A DNA stretch of 64,000 nucleotides from positions 5,958-69,957 of the forward strand of contig CANRCV010000002.1 in NCBI GenBank assembly GCA_947629205.1. The letters run 5' to 3'. This DNA is from an uncultured Bacilli bacterium. Lineage in GTDB: Bacteria; Bacillota_I; Bacilli_A; RF39; UBA660. The notes under the pieces were generated by a model. That model had not been told where the DNA came from. It ran no database searches and saw nothing but the letters and a program-made list of their open reading frames with translations. The translations under genes and the position numbers were made by a program. Positions 16,474 through 26,275 of the stretch are shown piece after piece. Numbering within the stretch: position 1 is the first letter of the stretch; every line of letters begins with the position of its first letter.

Positions 16474-18453
16474 ATGGAATTAAAAGACTTAAAAGGAATG
16501 GGACCAAAAACAATAGAATATCTTCATAAACTGAATATTTTTTGTGTAGAGGATTTAGTAGAATTTTATCCTTATCGTTATCAAGTTTATCAAGAAATGC
16601 ATTTAAAAGAAACGAATAATGAACAAACCATAATGATTAATGCAACAATTGAATCGACTCCTAAAATTAGTTATATAAAACGTAATTTTAATCGATTATC
16701 TTTTAAAGCTCTTAGTGATTCTTATTTAATTAATGTAACGATTTTTAATCGAGGATTTTTATATAAAAATTTAGAGGTAGGAAAAGAAATTTTTTTAATA
16801 GGAAAATACAATGTTAAAAAAAATAGTTTTATTGCTAGTACAATAAAGTTAAGTCCTTTAAAAAAGATGCAAATTGAACCTATTTATCATAAAATTCAAG
16901 GACTTAAAAACAAACAAATGCATGATTTTATTTTACAAGCGTTACAAAACAAACCAAAACTAGAAGATTATATACCCTTTGATTTACAAGAAAAATATCA
17001 TTTTTTAAGTAAAGAAGAAGCTTTACAAGAGATTCATACTCCAAAGGATGCCGTAAAATTAAAACAAGCTAAATTACGTCTTATTTATGAAGAGTTATTT
17101 GTCTTTATGTTAAAAATTAATTTTTTAAAAGTAAGAAATCAGGAAATTATAGGGATTTCGAAAGAATTTCCCCAAGAAAAAATAGAAGAATTTATCACAC
17201 ACTTGCCTTTTTCTCTAACAAAAGATCAAATAGAAGCCACCAAAGAGTGTTTATTCGATTTAAAAAGTAAGAAAAAAATGAATCGTTTATTAGAAGGAGA
17301 TGTTGGGTGTGGTAAAACAATTGTAGCTACCATTTTGATGTATGCTTGTTTTCTTAGTGGGTATCAAAGTGCTTTAATGGCCCCAACAGAAATTTTAGCC
17401 AAACAACATTTTCAAACTATAAATGATTTACTTGCCCCTTATCAAGTTCGTGTTGCTTTATTAATTGGTGGTCAAACAAAAAAAGAACATAATGAAATTA
17501 TAAGCCGTTTACAAAAAGGTGCTATTGATATTGTTATTGGTACCCATGCTTTAATTAGTGAAGATGTTTTATTTTCCAATTTAGGATTAGTTATCACGGA
17601 TGAACAACATCGATTTGGAGTGAATCAAAGAAAGAATTTACAAAATAAAGGAAGAGAGGTAGATACTCTATATATGAGTGCTACTCCTATTCCAAGAACA
17701 TATGCTTTAACTATTTATCAAGATATGGAAACCAGTTTAATTAAAACAAAACCAAGTGGTAGAAAAGAAATAAAAACGTATGTGAAAAAAGAAAGTGAAT
17801 TAAAATCAGTTTTAATGGCGATTTTAGAAGAAATTAAAAAAGGGCATCAAATATATGTTGTAGCTCCTTCCATAAATGATGAGGAAAGTGATAAGTATGA
17901 TGTTGATACTTTAAAAAAGAAATTTGATGATGCCTTTTTAAAGAAAGTTAAAATAGAGGTAGTTCATGGTAAAATGAATTCGAAAGAAAAAGAAGGTATT
18001 ATGCAACGTTTTATAAATGGAGAGACAAAAATTTTAATTGCTACCACCGTAATTGAGGTAGGAGTCGATGTTAAAAATGCTACAACGATGGTTATTTTTA
18101 ATGCTGAAATGTTTGGACTGGCTACTCTTCATCAATTAAGGGGAAGGGTTGGAAGAAATGAAATGGATTCTTATTGTTATTTAATTAGTAATGAAGATAA
18201 TGAACGTTTAAAAGTATTAGAACAAAGTAATGATGGATTTTATATTAGTGAACAAGATTTTTTAATGCGTAAAGAAGGAGATTTATTTGGAACGAGACAA
18301 AGTGGAGATATGAGTTTTAAAATAGCTGATTTAAAAAGAGATTTTAAAATTGTTTTACAAGCCAAAAAAGATAGTGCTACTATTTTAGAACAAAAAAATC
18401 AAATGGAGGAAAAATATAAGAAAGTAGTAAGAAGCGTTATAAGTATTGATTAA
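16474..18453 (+). CDS. recG: ATP-dependent DNA helicase RecG
   Basis: GDVGCGKT Walker A, DEQHRFG, wedge domain N-terminus. Confidence 0.9.
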   Translation: MELKDLKGMGPKTIEYLHKLNIFCVEDLVEFYPYRYQVYQEMHLKETNNEQTIMINATIESTPKISYIKRNFNRLSFKALSDSYLINVTIFNRGFLYKNLEVGKEIFLIGKYNVKKNSFIASTIKLSPLKKMQIEPIYHKIQGLKNKQMHDFILQALQNKPKLEDYIPFDLQEKYHFLSKEEALQEIHTPKDAVKLKQAKLRLIYEELFVFMLKINFLKVRNQEIIGISKEFPQEKIEEFITHLPFSLTKDQIEATKECLFDLKSKKKMNRLLEGDVGCGKTIVATILMYACFLSGYQSALMAPTEILAKQHFQTINDLLAPYQVRVALLIGGQTKKEHNEIISRLQKGAIDIVIGTHALISEDVLFSNLGLVITDEQHRFGVNQRKNLQNKGREVDTLYMSATPIPRTYALTIYQDMETSLIKTKPSGRKEIKTYVKKESELKSVLMAILEEIKKGHQIYVVAPSINDEESDKYDVDTLKKKFDDAFLKKVKIEVVHGKMNSKEKEGIMQRFINGETKILIATTVIEVGVDVKNATTMVIFNAEMFGLATLHQLRGRVGRNEMDSYCYLISNEDNERLKVLEQSNDGFYISEQDFLMRKEGDLFGTRQSGDMSFKIADLKRDFKIVLQAKKDSATILEQKNQMEEKYKKVVRSVISID

Positions 18454-18493
18454 AGAAAAAAAGTTAAATATAATGATACTAGGAGGAATCGAT

Positions 18494-19117
18494 ATGAATC
18501 ATTTTGAAATAAAAGAAAAAGCCAAACAAATTGTGCATGAAAATTTATGGAATTTTTGGAAAGGGTATTTAGTTGTTTTTGCTATTTCCTTTTTGTGTAC
18601 TTTCGTACTAAATCTTTTACTAAATGAAGAAAGTGTTCTTTATAGTGCTGTAAGTTTAGTTCTATCCTTTTTTACAGCAACATTATCCGTGGGATTTTAC
18701 TCTTATTTAATGAAACTCGTAAGAAATGAAGAGTATAGTAAAGAAGATTTATTTCGCTATATAGGAAAAGTTTTACCGATTGCAGCGATTGGAATTATTA
18801 CGAGTATTTGTGTCATTTTCTGTAGTCTTTTCTTTATTATTCCTGGAATTATTGTAGCTCTTGGTTATGCAATGAGTTATTATATTTATGTTGATACAGA
18901 AGAAGAAAAACGTCCAATGGAATATTTAGCAGATAGTAAAATGTTGATGCAAGGGTATAAATGGGATTATTTTTGTTTCATGCTTAGTTTCTTTGGTTGG
19001 ATCCTTGTAGGAATTCTTACTTTTGGAATTGCTATTATTTGGGTATATCCCTATGTATGTGTTTCTCAAGTTCTTTATTATGATGCTTTGAAAGAAAAAA
19101 AATCACATGAAATGTAA
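18494..19117 (+). CDS. DUF975-like integral membrane protein
   Basis: Start placed at MNHFEIKEK after the AGGAGG RBS; multi-TM protein. Confidence 0.45.
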   Translation: MNHFEIKEKAKQIVHENLWNFWKGYLVVFAISFLCTFVLNLLLNEESVLYSAVSLVLSFFTATLSVGFYSYLMKLVRNEEYSKEDLFRYIGKVLPIAAIGIITSICVIFCSLFFIIPGIIVALGYAMSYYIYVDTEEEKRPMEYLADSKMLMQGYKWDYFCFMLSFFGWILVGILTFGIAIIWVYPYVCVSQVLYYDALKEKKSHEM

Positions 19118-19189
19118 AGTGATGAAAAAATAACTACAAATTGTTAAAAAGAGTTTGACAAAGAAGCAAATTCATTATATGATTAAAAT

Positions 19190-19297
19190 AGCATGATACC
19201 CTATCATGCTAACCTTTCATACATTCTTATGATTTTATATGAGAATGTATCAACCAAAACCCCCTGAAGAGAAAGCCTTACCGCTTTCTCCTTTTTG
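19190..19297 (+). ncRNA. candidate small RNA with the C-rich single-stranded box ATCAACCAAAACCCCC
   Basis: Promoter TTGACA(19155-19160)-17 nt-TATGAT(19178-19183). Hairpins agcatgata-ccc-tatcatgct and atacattct…agaatgtat. Terminator gagaaagc-cttacc-gctttctc + CTTTTT. Confidence 0.5.
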
Positions 19298-19427
19298 TGC
19301 CAAAGGGAGGTTTTGGGAATGATCGAATATAAAAATACATCTTAATAAAAATTTTTAGGGAAAAATTTTTTGCAGATGGTAATGTAGACTTCTTATAAAA
19401 ATAAAAAAGGTTAGCAATGATAGGGTA
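19197..19427. repeat. 21/22-nt inverted repeat pair flanking about 190 bp
   Basis: taccctatcatgctaaccttt (19197-19217) vs aaaggttagcaatgatagggta (19406-19427); one 1-nt indel. Confidence 0.85.
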
Positions 19428-19435
19428 GTGGTTAT

Positions 19436-19741
19436 ATGTGTGCAAAGATTACAATGCATGCACGAAGAAGAATACATGAACGCTTTTTAGAAAAAAATCG
19501 TTGCCATAATTCAGTAAAATTATTTAAAAATGCACTAAATTATGGGTATGGGATAGGGGATTTTAAAGAGTCAAAAATAAAACAATACATGTGTTCTCAT
19601 CGGCGTAAAAATAATATTAAAATCTATAATGGATATGTTTTTATTTATAGTAAAAATAATAAAACGTTGTATACGGTTTGGAAAGTTCCAGATATATACA
19701 TGGATTATGAAAAAGAGTTAAAGAAACAAAAGAAAAAATAG
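19436..19741 (+). CDS. small basic hypothetical protein (101 aa)
   Basis: ORF only; weak RBS; lies upstream of the R-M genes. Confidence 0.4.
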   Translation: MCAKITMHARRRIHERFLEKNRCHNSVKLFKNALNYGYGIGDFKESKIKQYMCSHRRKNNIKIYNGYVFIYSKNNKTLYTVWKVPDIYMDYEKELKKQKKK

Positions 19742-19797
19742 ACTTCTCAAAGATTTTAAAAAATGATATAATGAAGGTAACATCGGGAGGCAAATAT

Positions 19798-22257
19798 ATG
19801 AAAAAACAAACAGAAAATCATATACCAAAAAAAAGAACATATATTAGTTTATTCAGTGGTGCCGGTGTTGGATGTTATGGATTTAAAGAACAAAATTTTG
19901 AATGTATTGCAACATGTGAATTAATGGAATCAAGAATGCAAATTCAAAAATACAATCAAAAATGTAAATACAGTAGTGGTTACATTTGTGGAGATATACA
20001 AGAAGATGAAATTAAAAACAAAATTTTTGCTGAAATTGAAAAATGGAAGACGAAGGAGTTCATTTTAGATGTCGACGTTTTACTGGCAACGCCTCCTTGC
20101 CAAGGAATGTCCACAGCGAATTATAAAAAAAATAATGAACAAAAAAGAAATTCATTAGTAGTGGAAGCTATTAAAATGATCAAAGAAATAAATCCAAAAA
20201 TTTTTGTATTTGAAAATGTTCGAGCTTTTGTAAAAACTATATGTACAGATATGGATGGAATAGATAAACCAATATTAGATGCTATTTTATCTAATTTAAA
20301 TGAAACCTATAATATATCGTATAAAATTATAAACTTTAAAGACTATGGAGTTCCTTCTAGTAGACCTAGAACTTTGGTGATTGGGACCAGAAAAGATTTA
20401 GTAAATCTTTCTCCTTTTAATTTGTTTCCTTTTAAAGAAAAAGAAATAAGTTTAAAAGAAGCTATTGGAAATTTAAAACCTTTAGAAGATTTTGATGCTT
20501 TTGATGAAGAAGATATCTATCATTCTTTTAGAAACTATGATGCTTACATGCGTGAATGGATTCATGATTTAAAAGAGGGTCAAACCGCTTTTGATAATCC
20601 GGAAGAAAAAAAACCTTATAAAATGGTTCATGGTAAAAAAGTCATTTTAAAATCAGAACATCTAGGAAATAAATTTAGAAGATTGGTTTGGGATAAACCA
20701 TGTGCTTGTGTGACAACAAGAAATGATCAATTGGCCAGTATGGATACTCTTCATCCAAGAGACGATCGCGTTTTATCTATTCGAGAATTAATGTGCGTTA
20801 TGACGATACCGAAAACGTTTAAATGGTGTTGTGAAGATACAAGAAAAATAATTACGAAAGAACAAAGAGAAGCTTTTTCTAAAAAAAATGAACTAACAAT
20901 TAGAAGATGTATTGGAGAGGCTGTTCCTACTCGAATTATGGAAAAAATAGCCATAAATATAAAGGATATGTTAGAATATAATGACTTTATTAATGCATCT
21001 GGAAAGTTAGAAAATTATAATAAAAATAATTATTATATAGCTTCCTATCTTTTTGAAAAATCCGTTTCAAATCATAAAGAATCTGGTTCCTTTTATACAC
21101 CACAATCCATTATATTTGATTGTTTAAAGAAATTACAAAACTTAAATTTAAAAAAAATACGCGTTTTAGAGCCTTCCGTTGGAGGAGGAAACTTTGTTTT
21201 GCCTCTTATAAATGCCATTGATCATATTGGAAAAATTGAACTTGATTTAGTAGATAGTAATCCCGATGCTATTAAAGAACTAAAAAAGAAAATCAAAAAA
21301 TATAAAATTGATTCAACAAAAATTAAAATTCATTACTATGTAGAAGATTTTATAGAACATGATATGTCTTTGGGATATGATATTGTCATTGGGAATCCTC
21401 CTTATTTTAAACTAAAAGCTCAAGAATTAGAAAAATATAGAGGTAAGGTGGATGTATCCAGTGGAAATATCTATGGTTTGTTTCTTGAAAAAATTTATTC
21501 CCATGCCGAGAATATCATTATGGTATTACCTAAAAATTTTTTAATGGTTCCGGAATTAGATACACTTAGAAAAAAGTATGAGTCTTATGATATTGTTTCC
21601 TTAATCGATTATGGAGTAGATGGATTTAAAGATGTATTTATTGAAATTATTTCTATTCATTTTCAAAAAAATTATAAGGATAAAATCTATATTGAAAATA
21701 AAAGGGATAAGACAATTTCTTATGTTGATCAAAAATATATTTTTCATGATAAAATGTGGTTAATTTATAGAAATGCATTTTTTGATGAGTATATAAAAAA
21801 GTTTGAACTTGATTATTTTGATTTTTATAGAGATAGACAAATAACGAATAAGTATTTAAAGAAAAAAGGAAAATATCAAGTATTAAGATCTAAAAATATT
21901 ACAGATACTGGAAAAATTATTAGTATTCCCAATTATGATCGATTTATAGATGATCCAAAACCCTTTTTATTTTCTAAATATTTAAATAAGGATGCAATTA
22001 TATTTCCTAATTTTACTTATAATATTCGCGCTACAAAATTACCTAAAAATACTTTGGCTAATGGATCTATTGTAGTTGCTTATCCTAAAAATGGTCAAGA
22101 TATTGAAAAAATAAATACAGAGGTATACTCGACGAAAGCGTTTAGAGAATATTATAGTATTGTTAAGAATAAATCTAGATTTACGATTAATATTGATCGA
22201 AATACTATGTATTATATTGGAAAATTAAAGGAGGATGAACATGTATACGATTTATGA
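19798..22257 (+). CDS. fused DNA methyltransferase: N-terminal C5-cytosine MTase + C-terminal N6-adenine (gamma-class) MTase
   Basis: m5C motifs FSGAGVG, PPCQGMS, FENV, SRPRT, GEAVP. Then m6A motifs FYTPQSI, VLEPSVGGGNF, GNPPYF. Start placed after the GGGAGG RBS. Confidence 0.8.
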   Translation: MKKQTENHIPKKRTYISLFSGAGVGCYGFKEQNFECIATCELMESRMQIQKYNQKCKYSSGYICGDIQEDEIKNKIFAEIEKWKTKEFILDVDVLLATPPCQGMSTANYKKNNEQKRNSLVVEAIKMIKEINPKIFVFENVRAFVKTICTDMDGIDKPILDAILSNLNETYNISYKIINFKDYGVPSSRPRTLVIGTRKDLVNLSPFNLFPFKEKEISLKEAIGNLKPLEDFDAFDEEDIYHSFRNYDAYMREWIHDLKEGQTAFDNPEEKKPYKMVHGKKVILKSEHLGNKFRRLVWDKPCACVTTRNDQLASMDTLHPRDDRVLSIRELMCVMTIPKTFKWCCEDTRKIITKEQREAFSKKNELTIRRCIGEAVPTRIMEKIAINIKDMLEYNDFINASGKLENYNKNNYYIASYLFEKSVSNHKESGSFYTPQSIIFDCLKKLQNLNLKKIRVLEPSVGGGNFVLPLINAIDHIGKIELDLVDSNPDAIKELKKKIKKYKIDSTKIKIHYYVEDFIEHDMSLGYDIVIGNPPYFKLKAQELEKYRGKVDVSSGNIYGLFLEKIYSHAENIIMVLPKNFLMVPELDTLRKKYESYDIVSLIDYGVDGFKDVFIEIISIHFQKNYKDKIYIENKRDKTISYVDQKYIFHDKMWLIYRNAFFDEYIKKFELDYFDFYRDRQITNKYLKKKGKYQVLRSKNITDTGKIISIPNYDRFIDDPKPFLFSKYLNKDAIIFPNFTYNIRATKLPKNTLANGSIVVAYPKNGQDIEKINTEVYSTKAFREYYSIVKNKSRFTINIDRNTMYYIGKLKEDEHVYDL

Positions 22258-23524
22258 AGATTTTCAAAATGTGAGTTATACCAAAGCTAAATTTTTATCA
22301 GACAAATCTTATGCATATGATACGGTATTCTTTGTTTCTAAATTTATAATGAAATTTCAAAAAAATGGTTTATTCGATTTAAAACAAAACATGGAACTTT
22401 TTAATAAATATATCATTGATATGTTTAATAGGAATCCTGCATCAAAGGGAACAAGCAATTATTATTTAGAGGTTTTAAATTTATTAGAATATGCTAATGT
22501 TTTAGAAAAAATAGATCATCATATGTATCAAATTAAGAATTGGGAAGCTTTACGATTTATTAATGAAAGAATGGAAAATGCTTATATCTTTAATTATTTA
22601 GTAACATATCATACTTTTAAAAATGATGGATTATTAGATATTTATAAAAAAATATGTACTACAGATAGTTTAAAAGAAAAAGAAAAATGGATACAAGAAT
22701 TAAATGCTAAAATATCCGTTATCAATGTCAGTGTACAAACACCAGGAACGGTTTGGGAAAAATTAAATACCAAATATGCATTAACGGTATTAAATTTTAT
22801 TAATAAACAAAATTATGTTTCTAGAGAGTTACATGTTCAAAAAGAAATTGCAGATATTGAAAGTATTTCTGTAAATGTTAAAGGAACTAAAACGTATGAT
22901 AATTTACCCAAAAGTAATAATTATTTAAAAAAATTTGATCTTTCTTATGTCAAAGATTTTTTAAAAGATTATTTGTTTATAAAAGAAGAAGAACCTGAAA
23001 CGAGTATTTCTAAAGATGATGTGATTGAAATTAATGAAATGACAAACTTAAAATTAGATTTACTGGATTTACAAAAAGATATAAAGGAAAAGAATACTGA
23101 ATTTACCGGGGAACAATATGTTGAAAATGTGGTACGTTCAAGAAATGCTGGAGCGCAAAGAAGATTTCGAAATAATTTATTTAAACATACAGAAGCAAAG
23201 TGTGCTATTTGTGGATTATCCATTCCAGAACTTTTAATTTCAAGTCATATAAAACCTTATTCCAAGTGTGAAGAGATTTATGATGCGGTGAATTATGAAA
23301 ATGGATTATTAATGTGTCCCATGCATGATGCTCTATTTGAATCGGCAAAATATATAACCATTGATGCAAAAGATGGAACTATAAAAGTCAAAAAGCAATA
23401 TGCACCATTTATGAAAAGCTTCAATTTAACTCCAAAAACCAAAATGGATGCCTCTTTATTAACAGCAGAAAGAAAACATTATTTAGAGTGGCATAATCAA
23501 CAATTTGAAAAGACAAATAAATAG
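22241..23524 (+). CDS. HNH-family restriction endonuclease candidate
   Basis: C-terminal CAICG…SSHIKPYS…NGLLMCPMHDALFE (HNH_2-type motif); translationally coupled to the methyltransferase. Confidence 0.65.
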   Translation: MYTIYEDFQNVSYTKAKFLSDKSYAYDTVFFVSKFIMKFQKNGLFDLKQNMELFNKYIIDMFNRNPASKGTSNYYLEVLNLLEYANVLEKIDHHMYQIKNWEALRFINERMENAYIFNYLVTYHTFKNDGLLDIYKKICTTDSLKEKEKWIQELNAKISVINVSVQTPGTVWEKLNTKYALTVLNFINKQNYVSRELHVQKEIADIESISVNVKGTKTYDNLPKSNNYLKKFDLSYVKDFLKDYLFIKEEEPETSISKDDVIEINEMTNLKLDLLDLQKDIKEKNTEFTGEQYVENVVRSRNAGAQRRFRNNLFKHTEAKCAICGLSIPELLISSHIKPYSKCEEIYDAVNYENGLLMCPMHDALFESAKYITIDAKDGTIKVKKQYAPFMKSFNLTPKTKMDASLLTAERKHYLEWHNQQFEKTNK

Positions 23525-23582
23525 TAAAAAGTAGTTAAGCAGTTAAGCATAAGTGTTTAACTATTTTTTTATAAAAATATAT

Positions 23583-23611
23583 TTGACAACTGTGTATATT
23601 CTGTATATAAT
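23583..23611 (+). promoter_or_regulatory. consensus sigma-A promoter of the GntR/ABC operon with overlapping palindrome
   Basis: TTGACA-17 nt-TATAAT; TGTATATA-N5-TATATACA overlaps -10/+1. Confidence 0.6.
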
Positions 23612-23634
23612 GTATATATACAAAGAGGTGAAAT

Positions 23635-24012
23635 ATGGAAATCATAATCAGTAATTCAAGTGATATTCCAATTTATGAACAAATAAAGGAACAAATAAAA
23701 GTAAAAATTGCATCGAATGAACTTCCAGAAAATGCCCTACTCCCTTCGATTAGAACACTAGCCAAAGATCTGCATTGTAGTGTTATCACGACCAAAAATG
23801 CTTATGAAGAACTAGTAAAAGAAGGGTATATACTAAATGTTCCTTCCAAGGGATTTTATGTTGCTAAAGTAAATAAAGAAATCGTTTTAGAAGAACAATT
23901 AAATAAAATTGAAGATTGTTTAGATAAAGCGATTACCATTGCTAAAATGAATAATATCAAATTAAAAACTTTAAAAGAAATGTTAAGTGTTTTATATGAG
24001 GAGGAAAAATAA
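23635..24012 (+). CDS. GntR-family (YtrA-like) transcriptional regulator
   Basis: LPSIRTLAKDLHCSVITTKNAYEELVKEGYI wHTH. Confidence 0.8.
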   Translation: MEIIISNSSDIPIYEQIKEQIKVKIASNELPENALLPSIRTLAKDLHCSVITTKNAYEELVKEGYILNVPSKGFYVAKVNKEIVLEEQLNKIEDCLDKAITIAKMNNIKLKTLKEMLSVLYEEEK

Positions 24013-24872
24013 TGGAGAATGTTTTAGAGATTAAAAACTTATGTAAAAAATATGATCATTTTGAACTTAAGAATGTATCTTTTTCTTTACCTAAAGGTAT
24101 GATTATGGGTTTTATTGGAGAAAATGGTGCTGGAAAAACCACAACAATCAAAGCCATTTTAAATATCATTCAATCTTATAGTGGAGAAATTAAAATTTTT
24201 GGATTCGATAATCGTGCACATGATAAAGAAATCAAAGAAGAAATTGGAGTTGTTTTAGATGATATGTTCTTTCCTGAAATTCTTACCCCTAATGATATTA
24301 ATAAGGCAATGGAAGGTATTTATAAAAATTGGGATACCAAAATGTTTCATGCCTATTTAAAAGAATTTTCTTTATTACCTAATAAACAAATTAAAACATT
24401 CTCCAAAGGAATGCGAAAAAAACTAGAAATTGCTACCTCTTTATCTCATCATCCTAAACTTTTATTATTAGATGAACCAACATCAGGACTAGATCCAGTT
24501 GCTCGTGCAGAAATTATTCAAATACTACAAAATATCATCGAAAAAGAGGAGTGTTCTATTTTATTTTCGAGTCATATTACAGCTGATTTAGAACAGATTG
24601 CTGATTACATAACCTTTATCCATAACGGAGAAATTATTTTATCGAAAGCTACGAATGAGTTATTAGATAAATATGGGATTGTAAAATGTAGTGAAAAAGA
24701 GTTTAAAGAGATTGATAAAAAAGATTATCTTAAGTATAAGAAATCAAAATATGAATATGAGGTATTAGTTCCTAACAAAAAAGAATTTAAAACCAAATAT
24801 ACTATTTCTGTAATTGATAAAATAACTTTAGATGATTTGATGGTTTTAATGATTAAGGGGGAAGAAGAATGA
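24012..24872 (+). CDS. ABC transporter ATP-binding protein
   Basis: GENGAGKTT, LLLLDEPTSGLD. Confidence 0.85.
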   Translation: MENVLEIKNLCKKYDHFELKNVSFSLPKGMIMGFIGENGAGKTTTIKAILNIIQSYSGEIKIFGFDNRAHDKEIKEEIGVVLDDMFFPEILTPNDINKAMEGIYKNWDTKMFHAYLKEFSLLPNKQIKTFSKGMRKKLEIATSLSHHPKLLLLDEPTSGLDPVARAEIIQILQNIIEKEECSILFSSHITADLEQIADYITFIHNGEIILSKATNELLDKYGIVKCSEKEFKEIDKKDYLKYKKSKYEYEVLVPNKKEFKTKYTISVIDKITLDDLMVLMIKGEEE

Positions 24873-25501
24873 TTGGATTTATAAAAAAAGATTTAGCTAT
24901 GATGAAAAGTAATTTTAAATTGTTAGGAGTCTTAATTCTTGTTTATGCCATAATGGGCTTTATGGGACAAATGGATATCTCTTTTATCTTACCCTTCATG
25001 TGTGTTATGATTATGATTTCCTCTTTTAGTTATGATAACTATAATAAATGGGATGCTTACTCCATTTCTCTACCAAATGGAAGAAACAATAGTGTAAAAT
25101 CAAAATATATAACGACCATTTTAATGACTCTTATGGTTTCTATAATTACTATTCTTTTATCTTTTATGATTTCATTTGTAAATACGAAAACAGTTGATTA
25201 TGAACAAATAGTAGTGACTATGTTTGGTACATTATTTGGAACAATACTTGTTTTAAGTATTATGTATCCAATTATTTATAAATTTGGAGTAGAAAAAGCT
25301 AGAATTGGTATTTTCTTAATTGTTTTTGGTATCGTAATTGTGGGAGGTTTTCTTGTAGAATACATTGATTTTTCTTTTCTTACCAAAACAATATCTCTTT
25401 TAGAAAATTATCTACTATTCATTTTAATCGTCACTATGATTGTTATGGTCTTTATCTCCTATACTATATCGAAAAAAATATTTCGTAAAAAAGAATTTTA
25501 G
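24869..25501 (+). CDS. ABC-2 type transporter permease
   Basis: 6-TM membrane protein, overlaps the ATPase stop. Confidence 0.6.
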   Translation: MIGFIKKDLAMMKSNFKLLGVLILVYAIMGFMGQMDISFILPFMCVMIMISSFSYDNYNKWDAYSISLPNGRNNSVKSKYITTILMTLMVSIITILLSFMISFVNTKTVDYEQIVVTMFGTLFGTILVLSIMYPIIYKFGVEKARIGIFLIVFGIVIVGGFLVEYIDFSFLTKTISLLENYLLFILIVTMIVMVFISYTISKKIFRKKEF

Positions 25502-25600
25502 GAATCACAATTAAAAAAAATTGTGATTTTTTAAATAAGTAACTTAGTAGTAACATACAAAAGAATATAATAAAAAAGAAAAAAGAAAGGAGATTTTAAA

Positions 25601-26275
25601 ATGGAAATTTTAAAAGTAGAAAATTTAACAAAAGTCTATGGAAAAGGTTCTACCAAAGTTGTTGCTTTGGACCATGTATCTTTTACAGTAGAAAAAGGAG
25701 AATTTGTAGCTATTGTTGGAGCCAGTGGTAGTGGGAAATCAACGCTTTTGCATTTAATGGGTGGTGTTGATCGCCCTACAAGTGGAAAAGTTTATATCGA
25801 TGGAGAAGATATCTTTCAATTAAATGATGATAAACTAGCTATTTTTCGTAGAAGACAAATTGGTTTAATTTATCAATTTTATAATTTAATTCCTATTTTA
25901 AATGTAGAAGAAAATATTGCCCTGCCACTTTCATTAGATAATCGTGAGGTTAAGGAAGAAGAAATTGCCTCTTTATTAAAATTATTAGGATTAGAAGCCA
26001 GAAGAAAACACTTACCCAATGAACTTTCAGGAGGACAACAACAAAAAACGAGTATAGGAAGAGCTTTAATTACCAATCCAACTTTAATCTTAGCAGATGA
26101 ACCAACAGGTAATTTAGATTCTAAATCAAGTGATGAAATAGTTGCCTTACTCAAAAAATCAAATAAAGAATTAAAACAAACCATTATTATGATTACGCAT
26201 AATATGGAAATTGCTACATTAGCTGATCGTATTATCAAAATAGAAGATGGAAAAATAGTGGAGGATACGTTATGA
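25601..26275 (+). CDS. ABC transporter ATP-binding protein (MacB/BceA-like)
   Basis: GASGSGKSTLLH, LSGGQQQ, ILADEPTGNLD. Confidence 0.85.
   Translation: MEILKVENLTKVYGKGSTKVVALDHVSFTVEKGEFVAIVGASGSGKSTLLHLMGGVDRPTSGKVYIDGEDIFQLNDDKLAIFRRRQIGLIYQFYNLIPILNVEENIALPLSLDNREVKEEEIASLLKLLGLEARRKHLPNELSGGQQQKTSIGRALITNPTLILADEPTGNLDSKSSDEIVALLKKSNKELKQTIIMITHNMEIATLADRIIKIEDGKIVEDTL

Noticed and set aside
19316-19342. 8-codon ORF (MIEYKNTS) after an AGGGAGG-like sequence
   Set aside because: Too short to support; the GGGAGG is more simply the complement-partner of the C-rich box region.
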